Made by a program: the position numbers and the translations under genes. Under the pieces are notes generated by a model, which saw only the letters and a list, made by a program, of their open reading frames with translations, did no database searches and was not told the DNA's origin. Positions 29,137 to 41,972 of a stretch of DNA of 64,000 nt are shown here, piece by piece. The stretch spans positions 95,852,001 through 95,916,000 of the forward strand of contig NC_043005.1 in the NCBI RefSeq assembly GCF_006345805.1, given 5' to 3'. Each line of letters starts with the position of its first letter. The first letter of the stretch is position 1. This stretch comes from Octopus sinensis (lineage: Eukaryota).

Positions 29137-29304
29137 CAAGCTGGCTTGTATCAACTGAATGCAACTGGTATGATGGCAACTGCCCCTGGAAGCAATTCTA
29201 TGCCAGCAGCAGCAGCAGCTGGTATGATGATGCAGCCTCCTCAGATGGGGATGTATGCAGCTACTCAAGCACAACCACAGATGAACCAAATGAATATGCA
29301 ACAG
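29137..29304 (+). CDS. SMAP1: SMAP exon (QAGLYQLN...MNMQQ), phase 0-0
   Basis: ttacag acceptor, CAG|gtaatt donor, 168 nt open, Met/Gln-rich. Confidence 0.9.
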
Positions 29305-32206
29305 GTAATTGATTTTGTATATTGATCCAGTCAACATTGTCAGCTTTTCTTTTATTGTGATATCACTGATTTGTTAGTAATAGAAATGGTTGAGTGCATA
29401 ATATGTAACTGAGCCATCACTGTCTCAAGGCACTGAACAGCTTTACATACAACCACTCAACAGTGGAGGGATTTCCCAAATTGGCTGTAAATTGAAATAT
29501 TAGTCATATGAAATTCTTTTAAATCAAGAAAAATAAAGGAAGTGAAATGGGATTGTTAATTGAAAAATAATAAATATGGAACGGGTTGCCTGCTTTGTTG
29601 AGCAGAACAGAGAAAGACACAGAGTATGGATATCTATCTAAAAATAATTTTGTTTATATGTTTAGAAACTGTCCTGCTTATAGAATAACAAATATTTTTG
29701 TCTGCCTGTTGGCTTTCTCATTTATTACTTTTCTAGTTTGGATCAATTAAACAAGGCTTTATTTTCTTTCATTTAAAAAAAAAATTGTTAAAGAAAACAA
29801 AAGAGTTTGAAATCTGAACGTAACGGCAGACGAAATACCACTAAGCATTTCGCCTGTCATGCTAACGTTTCTGCCAGCTTGCTGCCTTTAATAATTGTGG
29901 ATTTATAAACAGTGTCTCTATGGATTATCATCATCATTTGATGTCTGTTTTCCAGGCTGGCATGGGTTGGACAGCTTGACAGGAGCTGGCATGGCCAGAG
30001 ATCACACCAAGTTTCATAATCTGTTCTGGCTTGGTTTCAACAGCTGCATGCCCTTCCTAACATGAACCACTTTGCAGAGTGTACTGGGTGCTTTTTATGT
30101 GGCTCCAGCACCAGTGCTTTTTACATGGCACCAGTATCAGTGGTTTTTATGTAGCAAAAAGGATAATCAGTCATTGATGAAATTCTAGAACAGGATTGAA
30201 CCTAATCCAGCTTATCTTTCTTATCCTGCTCACAAAAATATTGTATGTAAAGATAACTTAAAATCTATAGGTATATTGCATAGTACAATATAACCTTGAT
30301 TGTAAGTGTTTTTTTAAGATCCCTAAAGATTAAAAAAGCCTATTCCATGTTTTAATAATTTTTCTGACATTAACTTTGTTTTTCATGTAAAGCCAAGTGA
30401 AATTGTAGCTGTGACCAGAGCGAGGTAAAAGGCACCCATGCCAGTGACATGCAGAGGGCACCCACTATACTCTTGGAGTGGTTAGTGTTAGGAAGGGAAT
30501 CCGGCTATGGAAACCAAGCTAAATCCGACTGGAGCCTAACAGCTCTCCAGCTTACCAGTCACAGTCAAAACTGTCTAAACCTTGCCAGCATGGAAAATGG
30601 ATGCTAAATGATGATGATGATGATGATTTTGTAGTTTACATTATGCATTTGTGAAGGCACATGGTCTGGTGATTAAAGCATTGGGATCGGGATCATAAGG
30701 CTGTGAGTTTGATTTCTGGACCAAGCAGTGCATTGTGTCTTTGAGCAAGACAGTTCATTTCACTTTGCTTTAGTCTGTTCAGCCAAAAATGAGTATTAGC
30801 CCAGTGCTGGAGCAGCCCTTTTGCACCTCAGTTGTCATAGCCTTGGTGTCCTGCTGGGTCAAGAGGTCAGAGGGCCAGAAGTTGTCTGTGTCTGCTTACA
30901 TCTATCTATACATCTAAAACAATGAGCAAAAGTATTGTGCATGCTGCCAAGACATACTTACTTGCAAATAACAGCTATGATACAAGAGCAGCCCCAGCCA
31001 GAGCAGCCAACTGGCTTCCGTGCCGGTGGCACGTAAAAGGGCACCATTCGAGCATAATCGTTACCAACATCGCCTTACTGGCACCTGTGCCAGTGGCTTG
31101 TGTAAAAAGATTCGAGCGAGGTCATTGCCAGTACCGCCTGACTGACCCCTGTGCCGGTCGCACGTAAAAAGCACCCACTACACTCTCGGAGTGGTTAGCA
31201 TTAGGAAGGGCATCCAGCTGTAGAAACCCTACCAGATCAAGATTGGAGCCTGGTGCAACCATCTGGTTCGCCAGCCCTCAGTCAAAATCGTCCAACCCAT
31301 GCCAGCATGGAAAGCAGACATTAAACGAAGATGACGATGATACATTATGCATGTAATGTTAGTCAATAGAGAGATAATAAAATACAACTGTAGGCAGATA
31401 TATATAAGGGAAATGGGTGTGTGTTTGAAAGATGGGTCACGACGACAAAACATACAGCTACTCTTGTAACATAAAGACGTGTCTACAGTATAATATGGAA
31501 GGAATAAGATATGACCTTAGTTATTACCCTTCATAGTTAAGTTGTATAATCTTTTTGTAGCCATGCCAACAGAAAAGAATGCACATTATACTGATGGATG
31601 ATATTCATTTGGAATTACCATATTATCTAGTATACAAGTTTCGTTTTTGGATTTGGTTTGCAAGATTCTTTATATGAGTTTGTGTGTTGAAGCATATTCT
31701 GTTGTGTCTGGGGAGAGTCATTTTCTTTTTGTGCCTTATTATGTAACACACTCACCAGTAAAATTTCCACTTATTTCTTATTTTTATTTTCTTAAAATTT
31801 TCATTGCGTCTTGCAACCTTTTCAATAGTCTTGACTATTTTACTGGTGAGTGTGTTAAATAATAAGGCACACAAAAAAATGACTCTCCCCAGACTCAACA
31901 GAACAGTATGCAAGCTCATATAGTGTAAAGATGTTGTGTAAACATTGAAATATTGCATCTATCTCTCCCAAGTCCTGTTGCATTTCATATGGAATTTTTG
32001 GTCCTCCAAAATCATCTTGAAGTACAAGTTGACCTACCATTTTGACTAAACTTTGGTCTGGAAAATTTGACTTGTCTGCCAAAAAACGCTGTAGTTTTTA
32101 GTGCAGAAGGAACTCAATTTAAATCTTTTACTTATTTTACTTTTGTACCCCACAAAACTCTCAAATTTCCATTACAACTAATTTCTTCTCAACGTCTTTC
32201 TTACAG

Positions 32207-32374
32207 ATGCAACACCAGTTAGCAGCGATGCGTTTAAATACATCAAATGTCATCCCACCCACTGGTCAAATGGGAGTACGGCCACCTGTTGGAGCTCCCG
32301 CTAATCAAGCTAGTAATCCCTGGGGCATGCAGCCTACTTCAGGACAGACTTTATCAACTAACTTGTGGCAATGA
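32207..32374 (+). CDS. SMAP1: SMAP terminal coding exon (MQHQLAAMRL...GQTLSTNLWQ*)
   Basis: tctttcttacag acceptor, TGA at 32372-32374. The C-terminal (G)QTLSxxLW motif is the SMAP1/2 signature. Confidence 0.92.
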   Translation: MQHQLAAMRLNTSNVIPPTGQMGVRPPVGAPANQASNPWGMQPTSGQTLSTNLWQ

Positions 32375-33309
32375 TCCAAATTATTATTAATATTATTATT
32401 ATTATTATTTTTCATTTTTTTGTTATTTTCTTTCCCCATTCAACTAGAACTAGCTCTTAAACCAGCTGTTTGCTGCAATTTTTAGGTTATGCAAGAAGCT
32501 GGGACTTCATAGCTGAGATGTGGATGGGAAGTAGATGGGCAGCTGGAGGAAATAAAGGAAATGACCAGAGAGAACTCAGTAACATTCCCTTCTTTGGTGT
32601 TTCCTTGATCCCTTCAGTACTTCCTGCCCTTTCATTAAATGAACCAAGCTGGCATACGGCTTTCAGTTCAACATAAGTTTTGTAAATAATAATGATTAAT
32701 AATAATAATACTAATAATAAAAATAATAATTAATAATAATCATAAAAATAATAATAATAATTAATGATAATAATATAAAATATTAATTTATAATTTTTAC
32801 ACAGACCAATAGAAAAGTTCACTGGTGAAAGTGAATGAGGGAAATATAATTAAAAGATAAAGAAAAATAACAAAAAAAAAAAGCAAAACAGGAAAACAAT
32901 TTAGAATCTTTTTACTTGAAAAGCAAATGATTCTGAAAACAAATGACCAAAGCTATTCTGATTGTGAAGTAAATGGTAGGAGAAGGAGTTGGTGAGGAGG
33001 ATAAGTCAACCTTGTGAAGGTAGTGAAAGTAGAATTTGAGTGTGTAGATGTAGCGAAGCGTGTGGACTGTTGTATTTCGTGATATAAATACAACAGCAGA
33101 TCTTGTCTCAGCAACAAACAAAGTGAAAAAACCATTTCATTTATTCACCATGTTTTGTTTCAAGCTCTTTAGATTCTTTCAGCAGACAAAAATACATCCC
33201 CAAAAGACTGATTAGTAACTTTCTTTTATCTTATAATAATAATAATAATAATAATAATAATTATCAGCTCTTTGTTCTCTTTCAGGTGTCTGTAAATTAC
33301 TGGTGGTGT

Positions 33310-33387
33310 GTGTCTGTGTGTATATAAATATATATATATATGTCTGTATGTATGTACACACACACACACACATATATATATATGTAT

Positions 33388-33428
<41 letters not shown>

Positions 33429-33454
33429 TTATATATATATGTATATCTGTATGC

Positions 33455-33489
<35 letters not shown>

Positions 33490-33503
33490 GTGTATGTATA
33501 TAC

Positions 33504-33535
<32 letters not shown>

Positions 33536-33861
33536 ATACATATATATACACACATATATACACATATATTTATATATATACATAGTACATATTCATACAT
33601 ACATATATATATATATATACATAGTACATACATACATAGTACATATTCATACATACATATATATATATATTATATATATATATATACATATACATACATA
33701 TATATATATGCATATATATATATATGTGTGGTGTGTGTGTGTGTATATATGTATATACATATACATATATATATATACTATATATACATATATATATATA
33801 TACACACATATATACATATATATATACACACATATATTTATATATATACATAGTGCATATT

Positions 33862-33913
<52 letters not shown>

Positions 33914-33934
33914 CATACATATATATATATACAT

Positions 33935-34001
<67 letters not shown>

Positions 34002-34002
34002 T
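33310..34002. repeat. Compound (TA)n/(CA)n/(TG)n microsatellite tract
   Basis: Directly visible; source of many spurious Y/I/C/V ORFs. Confidence 0.97.
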
Positions 34003-35362
34003 TTAAGTGAAGCAAATTTATCAGTTAATGCTACCTCTACTATTATCATAAAGCCAATGTTACAATGTTGTTAAAAAACATCTCGTCTCAAATGTTTAGT
34101 CATTGCTTTTGCAAGTAAGGAGTCTTTAATTAAAGATAACACTACTAAAGGGTTCGACACATATTTCTGTATCTGTTCTGAATGCTTCAGTGCTGGCATT
34201 TCTTTTTGTGTGCAAATGATTGCATAGATGACAGCAGTTACTCGTCAAATTACTGTCTTTTTATTCTTTTCACTTAAAAAGGAAATTTAAATTCATAGCA
34301 AATTTATGAAAAAAGAAAATCCTAATTTTATTTAAAATGTCCATTAAGTGAAGAAACAGCTATTTTTACCTTAAAATGCCATCATTTTCTCTCCATTTAC
34401 AGTTCAAATCATGTATACTAGCAGTTTGAATGATGTAGGACAAAAACTGCTTTATGAAACCCGTTCCTCAAATTAAAACAAATTTTAATCATGGAATGTA
34501 AGTGTTTATGTTGGGTTTTGTGAGTAGTTAGCATGAAGAAATGAAAGATCCTTTATGAATTTAGGCTTTGAAGAATTGACAAGTTGCTGGTGTGTCTGAA
34601 TCTGCTTACACCCTGTATAACTATTCTCTAGCCATAAGACAAATTTCATTCACTCCATCTGTAGCTATAGGTTTTAACTATTTCAGTGCATTCAAGTTTG
34701 CTTCACTTTTTGAATTTGAAAACATAACTGAGACTTTGGTTGAGTATTTGTTATCGCAATGACATGTCTTCACTCCATCCACTGTAATCTTTGCCGAAAA
34801 GGCCAAAGACAGCAGGTCCAGAACTTCATTTACCATTGTGTGTTTGCTCCGTTACTAATTAGGTTGAAATTACATTGTAAAACTGCATGTGTGTGTGCAT
34901 GTAACGTGCTGCTCATTTGGATTACAAGACTGTTTAGCTCTTGAAGTTGTGACAAAACTTCAGGTTCATTTCACTCCACAACAGAAGTCTAGAAAACTAT
35001 TGCCACTATCATTAGTTGAAACTGTTCCAACATCAAACAACAGTAGAATGAAGTCTCAGTGGAGTATTACCTTCAGATTATCTTTATTAATACCGTCTGT
35101 TAAATTTGAAAACAATAATAAAGCTAATTTTAAAATTATAATTCTGTCTTTTCTTCCAATCATTACTATTTCAGATGTCCAAAATTTATAGTGACTTTTG
35201 AGTACACACATAGAGAGAGAAATTAAATGTATTAAATTACTCTGGTTGTTTCAAACGTACACCTATTTCACATCTGCATAAAGAAAAACATCAGTGTGAG
35301 ACAGTAAGTGAAATAAGACTGGAAGAGTTAAATTGGAGTTATCTCCCATTACAAAACAAATA

Positions 35363-35700
35363 TCTCTCTCTATATAAAGCTGAAGTTGTCTGTGTGTGGC
35401 AGGTGTTTGGAAGCCTTCAACTAACATTATCTCTTCCGAGACTCTGCGGTGCAAGTTGACCAAAATTGAGAGTATGATAGAAGAAGGCTTGCACTTACTT
35501 CCGTAGACGAAAAAAATTCAAATCGGACCATGTTAACACCAAAAATTATTTACATCAAAAAGGTGCTTTTTTTCTATGAAAATCCCTATTTTTTTTTACG
35601 ATTTTTTGACTGCTGTGCCGCCATTTTTCGGTGTATTTCAACCAGAAAAATGTTCACTTAAAGAGAATAACAAGCTACACAATGCAATTTTTTTACTTTT
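35363..35700 (+). mobile_element. 3'-truncated copy of the 8062-8461 Helitron
   Basis: A|TCTCTCTCTATATAAAGCTGAAG start and colinear similarity to 8062-8461, lost at about 35700. Confidence 0.8.
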
Positions 35701-35929
35701 CATAAGAAAGTAAATAAATTATTTTTTAAAACAATGTATATGATTTTTTTACACAAATTAAATAATACTTTCCAAACAAAATAATTTTTAAAACTTAGTT
35801 AATTAATTTATTTTTTATAAACAAAATAAGATTTTTTTTTTAAATGTATATAATTTTTTTACACAAATTAAACAAAGTAAATAAAAAGCAAATAGCAAAT
35901 AAAAAATTGAATATCTCACAGTTCTTGCA

Positions 35930-36953
35930 ATTCGTTCGAAAATGCCACCAAACAATAAAATAAAAGGTTGTAGCTCATTTGATTTCCTCGAATGTGAACC
36001 ATTCTGCAAGGTGCTAGAGAATGTTTTCAAAACATTCCTTTCCACTTTCTCCATATTGTTCCCTCCACAGAAATTCATCTAGGTACAACTCCACCATGTT
36101 AGTGTGTACCCCCATCATTGTCTTGAATCGTCTTTTTGCATTTTTCCAAAAACATTCCTCAGAATTGGTGTGTACCTTTGTTATCGGATCCACGAAATTT
36201 TCCGAGTGGTTGACTTTGAAATGGATGTATTTTGGTGTCACATCCATTTCATTAATTCCATTATAAGCACTCCAACAATCTGAATAAATAGTCGTACCTG
36301 GTTTTATGAACTTTTTAATGATGGGTAACATAGTTTCAGCGGAACGGTCAGGTACGAAGACTCGAAACCTTTCTTGTCTTCTCTATCCCATCCTCCAAAA
36401 ACCTATCTCTCCTGTGGCATTCTACCTCTGTTGTATTTTCGCTTGCACTTTATGGATTCATCTATTTCCATGATGTGCCCAAGTCCACCAATTTGGTATG
36501 GGTTATGAACAAGTTGATTGCTAGTAATGTCGCGGATGTACTGATACCATTGAATAACAAGTACTTTGTGCCAGTCCAGTTAATTCAGTCGATGTACAAA
36601 TTGGTGTGTTATGGGACCATGAATATGTAACGAGGACAAAGTCTCGAAGTTTTAATTTAGACTTTTCCAGATAGGAATTCTTTCTAATTGATTCTTTCAC
36701 AGCTTTATGCGTAGGGCAGCAAAATATCCTCTCTTCGTTATGCTTTATCAGCGTCATCTCTTTCTGGCAATGCAAACATCAGGGAGAAACATTCTTGAGA
36801 ACTTTCTTCTCCTTCAGAAACTTATATCGAAACAAGTGAATCGCGCATGCGCAAATCAACTCATTTGCATACGCGCAAGTCGTTGTAGGATCGACTACTT
36901 ACGACTAGCTAGCGCGAGTGCACGCACCGGGACCATTATTCGCCAGTAGTACC
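35930..36953 (-). mobile_element. Decayed Merlin (IS1595/ISXO2-like) DNA transposon
   Basis: Frameshifted transposase: IGGLGHIMEIDES..KRKYNRGR, PGTTIYSDCWSAY, VNHSENFVDP..HTN; Cys-rich N-terminus; one putative TIR starting GG at 36953. Confidence 0.85.
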
Positions 36954-37429
36954 ATTATTCAGTTTGATTAGATTAAAAAAGAAAATAAATTTGAGAAAAG
37001 AGGCAAACCACATACTAAATATTGCAGCCAACTTTCTCTTCCAAAAATTAAGATCTGATCAGGGACTGCTCTACTATCATACAACCAAAAAATTCTCAGG
37101 CATTCTTGGTTGTGAAATGTATATTTTGTACTATTCTGGCAAAACTAATCAATGTAAATTGATCAAATTAGTAGGTGCGCTTGTTCTCCAAGTTAGTCTT
37201 TCCTTGTATCATTTTCCACAATACAGAATATCAGGATTAACAGCTAAACTAGCTTGAGATATATTTATCAACTCTTCATTTATAACTAGACAGTGACTGA
37301 AGATTCTCTGCTGCTTTCTTTCTTTTTTTGTATTCATTTTAAAATATGTGACTTCTTGTACTTGTGAAGCCTCATGCTAAAAAAAAAATTAATAAATAAA
37401 TTTAAATTATTAACCATCTTACAAACAAT

Positions 37430-37730
37430 AACTCTGAGCACCTTTCCAAACTCCATCTGTCTAACACCCGTGGACTGTTTACAAAGTCAGAAAACCACAC
37501 AGCTCCCATGACTTTCGGAAACATTTTTTCATGCTAAGAGTTGCTGAAGCATGGAACAAACTGCTGGCATCAGCCTTGTTTCGTATTAATTTTCCTGCTT
37601 ACAGCAGTAAAGATTTTAATTCACTGTCAGTTCTGCTTACTTTGTTAAAGATAAGACACTCACTTTGCTACCATAAAATTTCATGTTCAGTCTCACTGCA
37701 TATCACGTTGACCAAGTGTATTCTATTCTA
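37430..37730 (+). mobile_element. CR1/L2-like LINE 3' fragment (another end with (ATT)n tail at about 15000-15235)
   Basis: TRG...RKHFFMLRVAEAWNKL resembles the CR1 RT C-terminal motif FFSxRVVxxWNxL. Confidence 0.6.
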
Positions 37731-38005
37731 GTTTCAAGATGACCACTGTCTTGTGAATGAATTTGGTAGATGGTAACTATGTGGAAATCTGTCATGTATA
37801 TGTTTGTGTGCCTTTGTGTTTTTACTTCACCACAGCTTGACCGTCTGAATCTGTTTGTTTACAATGGAACAGGATGAAAGGTCTGTAACACTTGAGGGGT
37901 GCAGATCTCATCCCTTACATTAAATTATTCATTGAAGGAAAAGCCAGAACTTTGAATATCTTCAACAACATAAATATTTTATTTCTCTGGATTCGCATCC
38001 TCCGT

Positions 38006-39770
38006 TAGTCCTCCAGGCAATAACGGAGGAATTCAAGACAGGATGCCCCTGGGAGCTCCTCTATGCTGATGACCTTGCTCTAATTGCTGAGTCATTATCA
38101 GAACTGGAGAAGAAGTTTCAGGTGTGGAAGCATGGTTTAGAATCGAAGGGCCTTAGAGTCAACCTAGCTAAAACCAAAGTCCTAATAAGTAGGAAGGTAG
38201 ACAAATCACAAACGCCTTCAGGTAGATGGCCCTGCTCGATCTGTAGAAAAGGTGTAGGTAGAAACTCTATAAGATGCACCAAGTGTAAGCTATGGACACA
38301 TAAGAGGTGCAGCAATGTCATAGGAAGGCTAACTAGGAAGATGGTTTTTGTATGTGGCAGATGCTCGGGAGCATTAACCTCTGAAAATCTGCAGAAAACA
38401 ACTTCCGTCACTTTCCAGGGGGAAAAACTAGAAGTAGTTGATAGCTTCCGTTATCTTGGTGACCAAGTCAGTAGTGGGGGTGGGTGTGCTGAAAGTGTAA
38501 CGGCTAGAGTAAGAATAGCCTGGGCAAAGTTTAGGGAGCTCTTACCTCTGTTGGTGACTAAAGGCCTCTCGCTCAGAGTAAAAGGCAGACTGTATGATGC
38601 GTGTGTACGAACAGCCATGCTACATGGCAGTGAAACATGGGCCGTGACTGCTGAGGACATGCGTAAGCTCGCGAGAAATGAAGCTAGTATGCTCCGTTGG
38701 ATGTGTAATGTCAGTATTCATACTCGACAGAGTGTAAGTACCTTGAGAGAAAAGTTGGACCTAAGAGGAATCAGATGTTGTGTGCAAGAGAGACGATTGC
38801 GCTGGTATGGTCATGTGGTGAGAATGGATGAAGATAGGTGTGTGAAAAAGTGCCACACCCTGGCAGTTGAGGGGACCTGTGGAAGAGGTAGACCCAGGAA
38901 AACCTGGGTTGAGGTGGTGAAGCACGACCTTCGAACTCTAGGTCTCACCAAGGAAATGACCAGAGACCGAGACCTATGGAAGTATGCTGTGCGTGAGAAG
39001 ACCCGGCAAGACCAGTGAGAACAATCAAAATCAAATCATATATCAGAAAGCAGGGGTTAAGTGACCCATCCGTTCGTGACCGCTGTCAGCCTCGTCTGGC
39101 ACCCGTGCCGGTGATACGCAAAAGCACCATTCGCTCATGGCCGTTTGCCAGCTCTGCCTGGGCCCGTGTAGGTGGCACGTAAAAGCACCATCCGTTCGTG
39201 TTCGTTGCCAGCCTCGCCTGGCCCCGTGCCGGTGACACGTAAAAGCACCGTCCGTTCGTGGCCGTTTGCCAGCCCTGTCTGGCCCCGTGTCGGTGGCACA
39301 TAAAAGCACCATCCGTTCGTGGCCGTTTGCCAGCCCTGTCTGGCCCCGTGTCGGTGGCACGTAAAAGCACCATCCGTTCGCGTCTGTTGCCAGCCTCGGC
39401 TGGCCCCCGTGCCGGTGACACGTAAAAGCACCGTCCGTTCGTGGCCGGTTGCCAGCTCTGTCTGGCCCCGTGTCGGTGGCACGTAAAAGCACCATCCGTT
39501 CGTGTCCGTTGCCAGCATCGCCTGGCCCCGTGCCGGTGACACGTAAAAGCACCATCCGTTCGTGGCCGTTCGCCAGCTCTGTCTGGCACGTAAAAAACAC
39601 CCACTACACTCGCGGAGTGGTTGGCGTTAGGAAGGGCATCCAGCCGTAGAAACACTGCCAGATCTGACTGGGCCTGACGAAGCCTTCCAGCTTCACAGAC
39701 CCCAGTTGACCCGTCCAACCCATGCTAGCATGGAAAGCGGACGCTAAACGATGATGATGATGATGATGAT
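38006..39770 (+). mobile_element. 5'-truncated RTE-clade LINE: RT C-terminal half, PHD-like finger, repeat-rich 3' UTR, (GAT)n tail
   Basis: GCPWELLYADDLALIA, FRYLG, MLHGSETW, RRLRWYGHV, GRGRPRKTW in one open frame to 39018; tail ends at 39770. Confidence 0.92.
39066..39595 (+). repeat. About 60-61-bp tandem array (about 9 units, two subtypes) in the RTE 3' UTR
   Basis: Recurring cacgtaaaagcacc(a/g)tccgttcgtg at about 60-bp spacing. Confidence 0.95.
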
Positions 39771-39775
39771 TTCCT

Positions 39776-41460
39776 TCAGGGCGAACCAGTAGCCATGGAG
39801 CTAGTCACTGTAGTACGACAACCAAGAACTACGAAATGGCAGTTAAGTCGATAGCAGCAGGAGACGAACAGAGAGCAGGCTGGAAGGCGAGAGAGAGCAG
39901 CAGCAGGAACGTTCTCTTTTCTAGGTATGTGACGAATGTCACTGGTAAATTGTGAAATAAAATCCAAGTGACGGAAAGTACGAGGCGAGAGCTTGTCCGT
40001 TTTAGAAGACAGGGCAAACATAAGAGGCTTGTGATCCGTATAGATCACAAAATCTCGACCTTCGAGTTGATGCTGGAAATGATGAACCGATATATAGACC
40101 GCTAGGAGTTCACAATCGTCATTCAGCTGGTTGCAGTTGGCAGGAAAAGAAAGCCAGAGGTCGAGTACGGTCGTCCACTGTGTGTTGTAACAGCGCCAAT
40201 CACCATGTCCGATGCGTCTACAGTTAAAGAGAGAGAAGCACCAGGAACCGGATGTGCAAGCAATGGAACAGAAGCTAAATCCTTCTTGATGGACTCAAAA
40301 GCTGTCAGTGCCTCAACAGAGAGGGTGACTTGACCGTCCTTTCTAGGGGTGTCCTTGGTGAGAGGAAGTAGCTTATCTGCACAACCGGGAATAAAGCGTC
40401 TGTAGAAATTGACCATCCCTAGATAATGCCTGAGCTGGTGCAAGGAAGTAGGAGGTGCAATGCGTTGAATGGCATCGACTCTTGATCACAGAGGTCTGAT
40501 TCCACTCGAATCAATATGATGATCTAGAAAATCTAGAGAAGATTCTCCGAAAATACACTTGTCGGGATTTATGCGTATACTATAAGTGTAAAGACGCTGA
40601 AAAAGCTGAGTGAGGTGCCGGAGATGATTTTCACCGGTGTCACTCGCAATGAGTATATCATCAACATAGGCAAACATGAAATCAACTTCATCAATGAAGC
40701 GCTGAAAATTGCTGGTAGCATTCCGCAAACCGAAACTCATGTATAAAAACTCAAAGCACCCAAAAGGGGTAGTAATAGCAGTTTTCGGAACATCGGCTGG
40801 GTTGACCGGTATTTGGTGGTAAGCATATATAAGATCGACTTTTGAAAAAATGGTACAACCAAAAAGTCCTGAAGAATTCTTATGGGGTAGCGAACTGGTA
40901 TCGTTATTGCATTTAGGCGTCGATAATCTCCTACCGGGTGAAAATCAGACTTCCCTTTTCATGCTAAGTGAAGGGGAGATGCCCATGGGCTGGTGGAGGG
41001 GCATATCAGGCCAAGTTGGAGCATGTGCTCAAACTCAGCCCAAGCCACTTTTAGACGGTCAGGCGCAAGGCGCTGTGGGCACGAAAAAAAAGGCGGCCCA
41101 GTGGTGGTGATAAAATGAAGGGTCAAGTGGGTAGGCTTTGCCAGCTGAAAAGTAATGTTCACTAACTCCAGAAATGAAGCCAAAAGAGAATGAAAGACGT
41201 CTCCAGAAGTGGCAACAAAAAATGTCGGGCTAAGAATTGCATTGGAGAGCAACATAGTACTGTCGAGAAGCCTCCGACGCCTGACATCTACCAATAGATT
41301 AAAATGATCCAAGAAATCAGCACCGAGAATAGGATGCGGGATGTCAGCGATGACGAAAACCCATTGAAAATTTTGACGAAGATTAATATCGAGGCGCAGA
41401 GAAATCTGACCAAAGGTAGTTATGGGAGACGAGGCAATCGCGTGCAAAACCCTCTCTTCT
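39776..41460 (-). mobile_element. Decayed Ty3/Gypsy pol fragment (protease, RT, RNase H)
   Basis: [52 protein letters not shown] across several frames. Confidence 0.92.
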
Positions 41461-41972
41461 GCTATGTAATTAACTCTACAGCAAAAAGAAAAGGCAAACT
41501 GTTCTGTTATGGACCCTTCCCTCTCCCTTTAAACCCTCGTCCCATACTTCCTTCTCTACTCTAGTACCGGTTGAGGTGGATCTTAAGTTTTGCAGGTTGC
41601 ATGATGACCTCATAAGTCCCCTGAAAATAGCACCTGGTACACACAGTAAACCAGTTGGAGTTAGGAAAGACATCAAACTGTAGAAAGTGCACCAAAGCAG
41701 ACATACAAGAAATAGACTCCATACTTGTTCAATTTTATTTAACTGTTCGACCAATGCCAGTATGGAATATGACCATTAAATGATGATGATGATGATCTGA
41801 AGAATGTTTGTATGTAATTAGATGTACAGATTGACTATAACAATTTCATAATTCTCAGTAATTTTTTTTATTCGTTTACTAGTTTTAGCTTGAGATCGGC
41901 AACCATGTTGGGGCTCTGCTGTTAAAATGATAAATTTATTTGAAAACATTTTCAATAACTTTTCATTTGACT

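Noticed and set aside
33212-34074. Many long Y/I/C/V/H/T-rich ORFs (also near 11.4, 14.1, 57.8, 61.8 and 63.3 kb)
   Set aside because: They are translations of (TA)n/(CA)n/(ATGT)n microsatellites, which lack stops in several frames.
39066-39595. Regular 60-bp array as a possible CRISPR
   Set aside because: Units are contiguous with no unique spacers, there are no cas genes, the context is eukaryotic, and it lies in a LINE 3' UTR.
39043-39718. Overlapping 135-210 aa minus-strand ORFs
   Set aside because: They are antisense translations of the GC-rich tandem array in the RTE 3' UTR.
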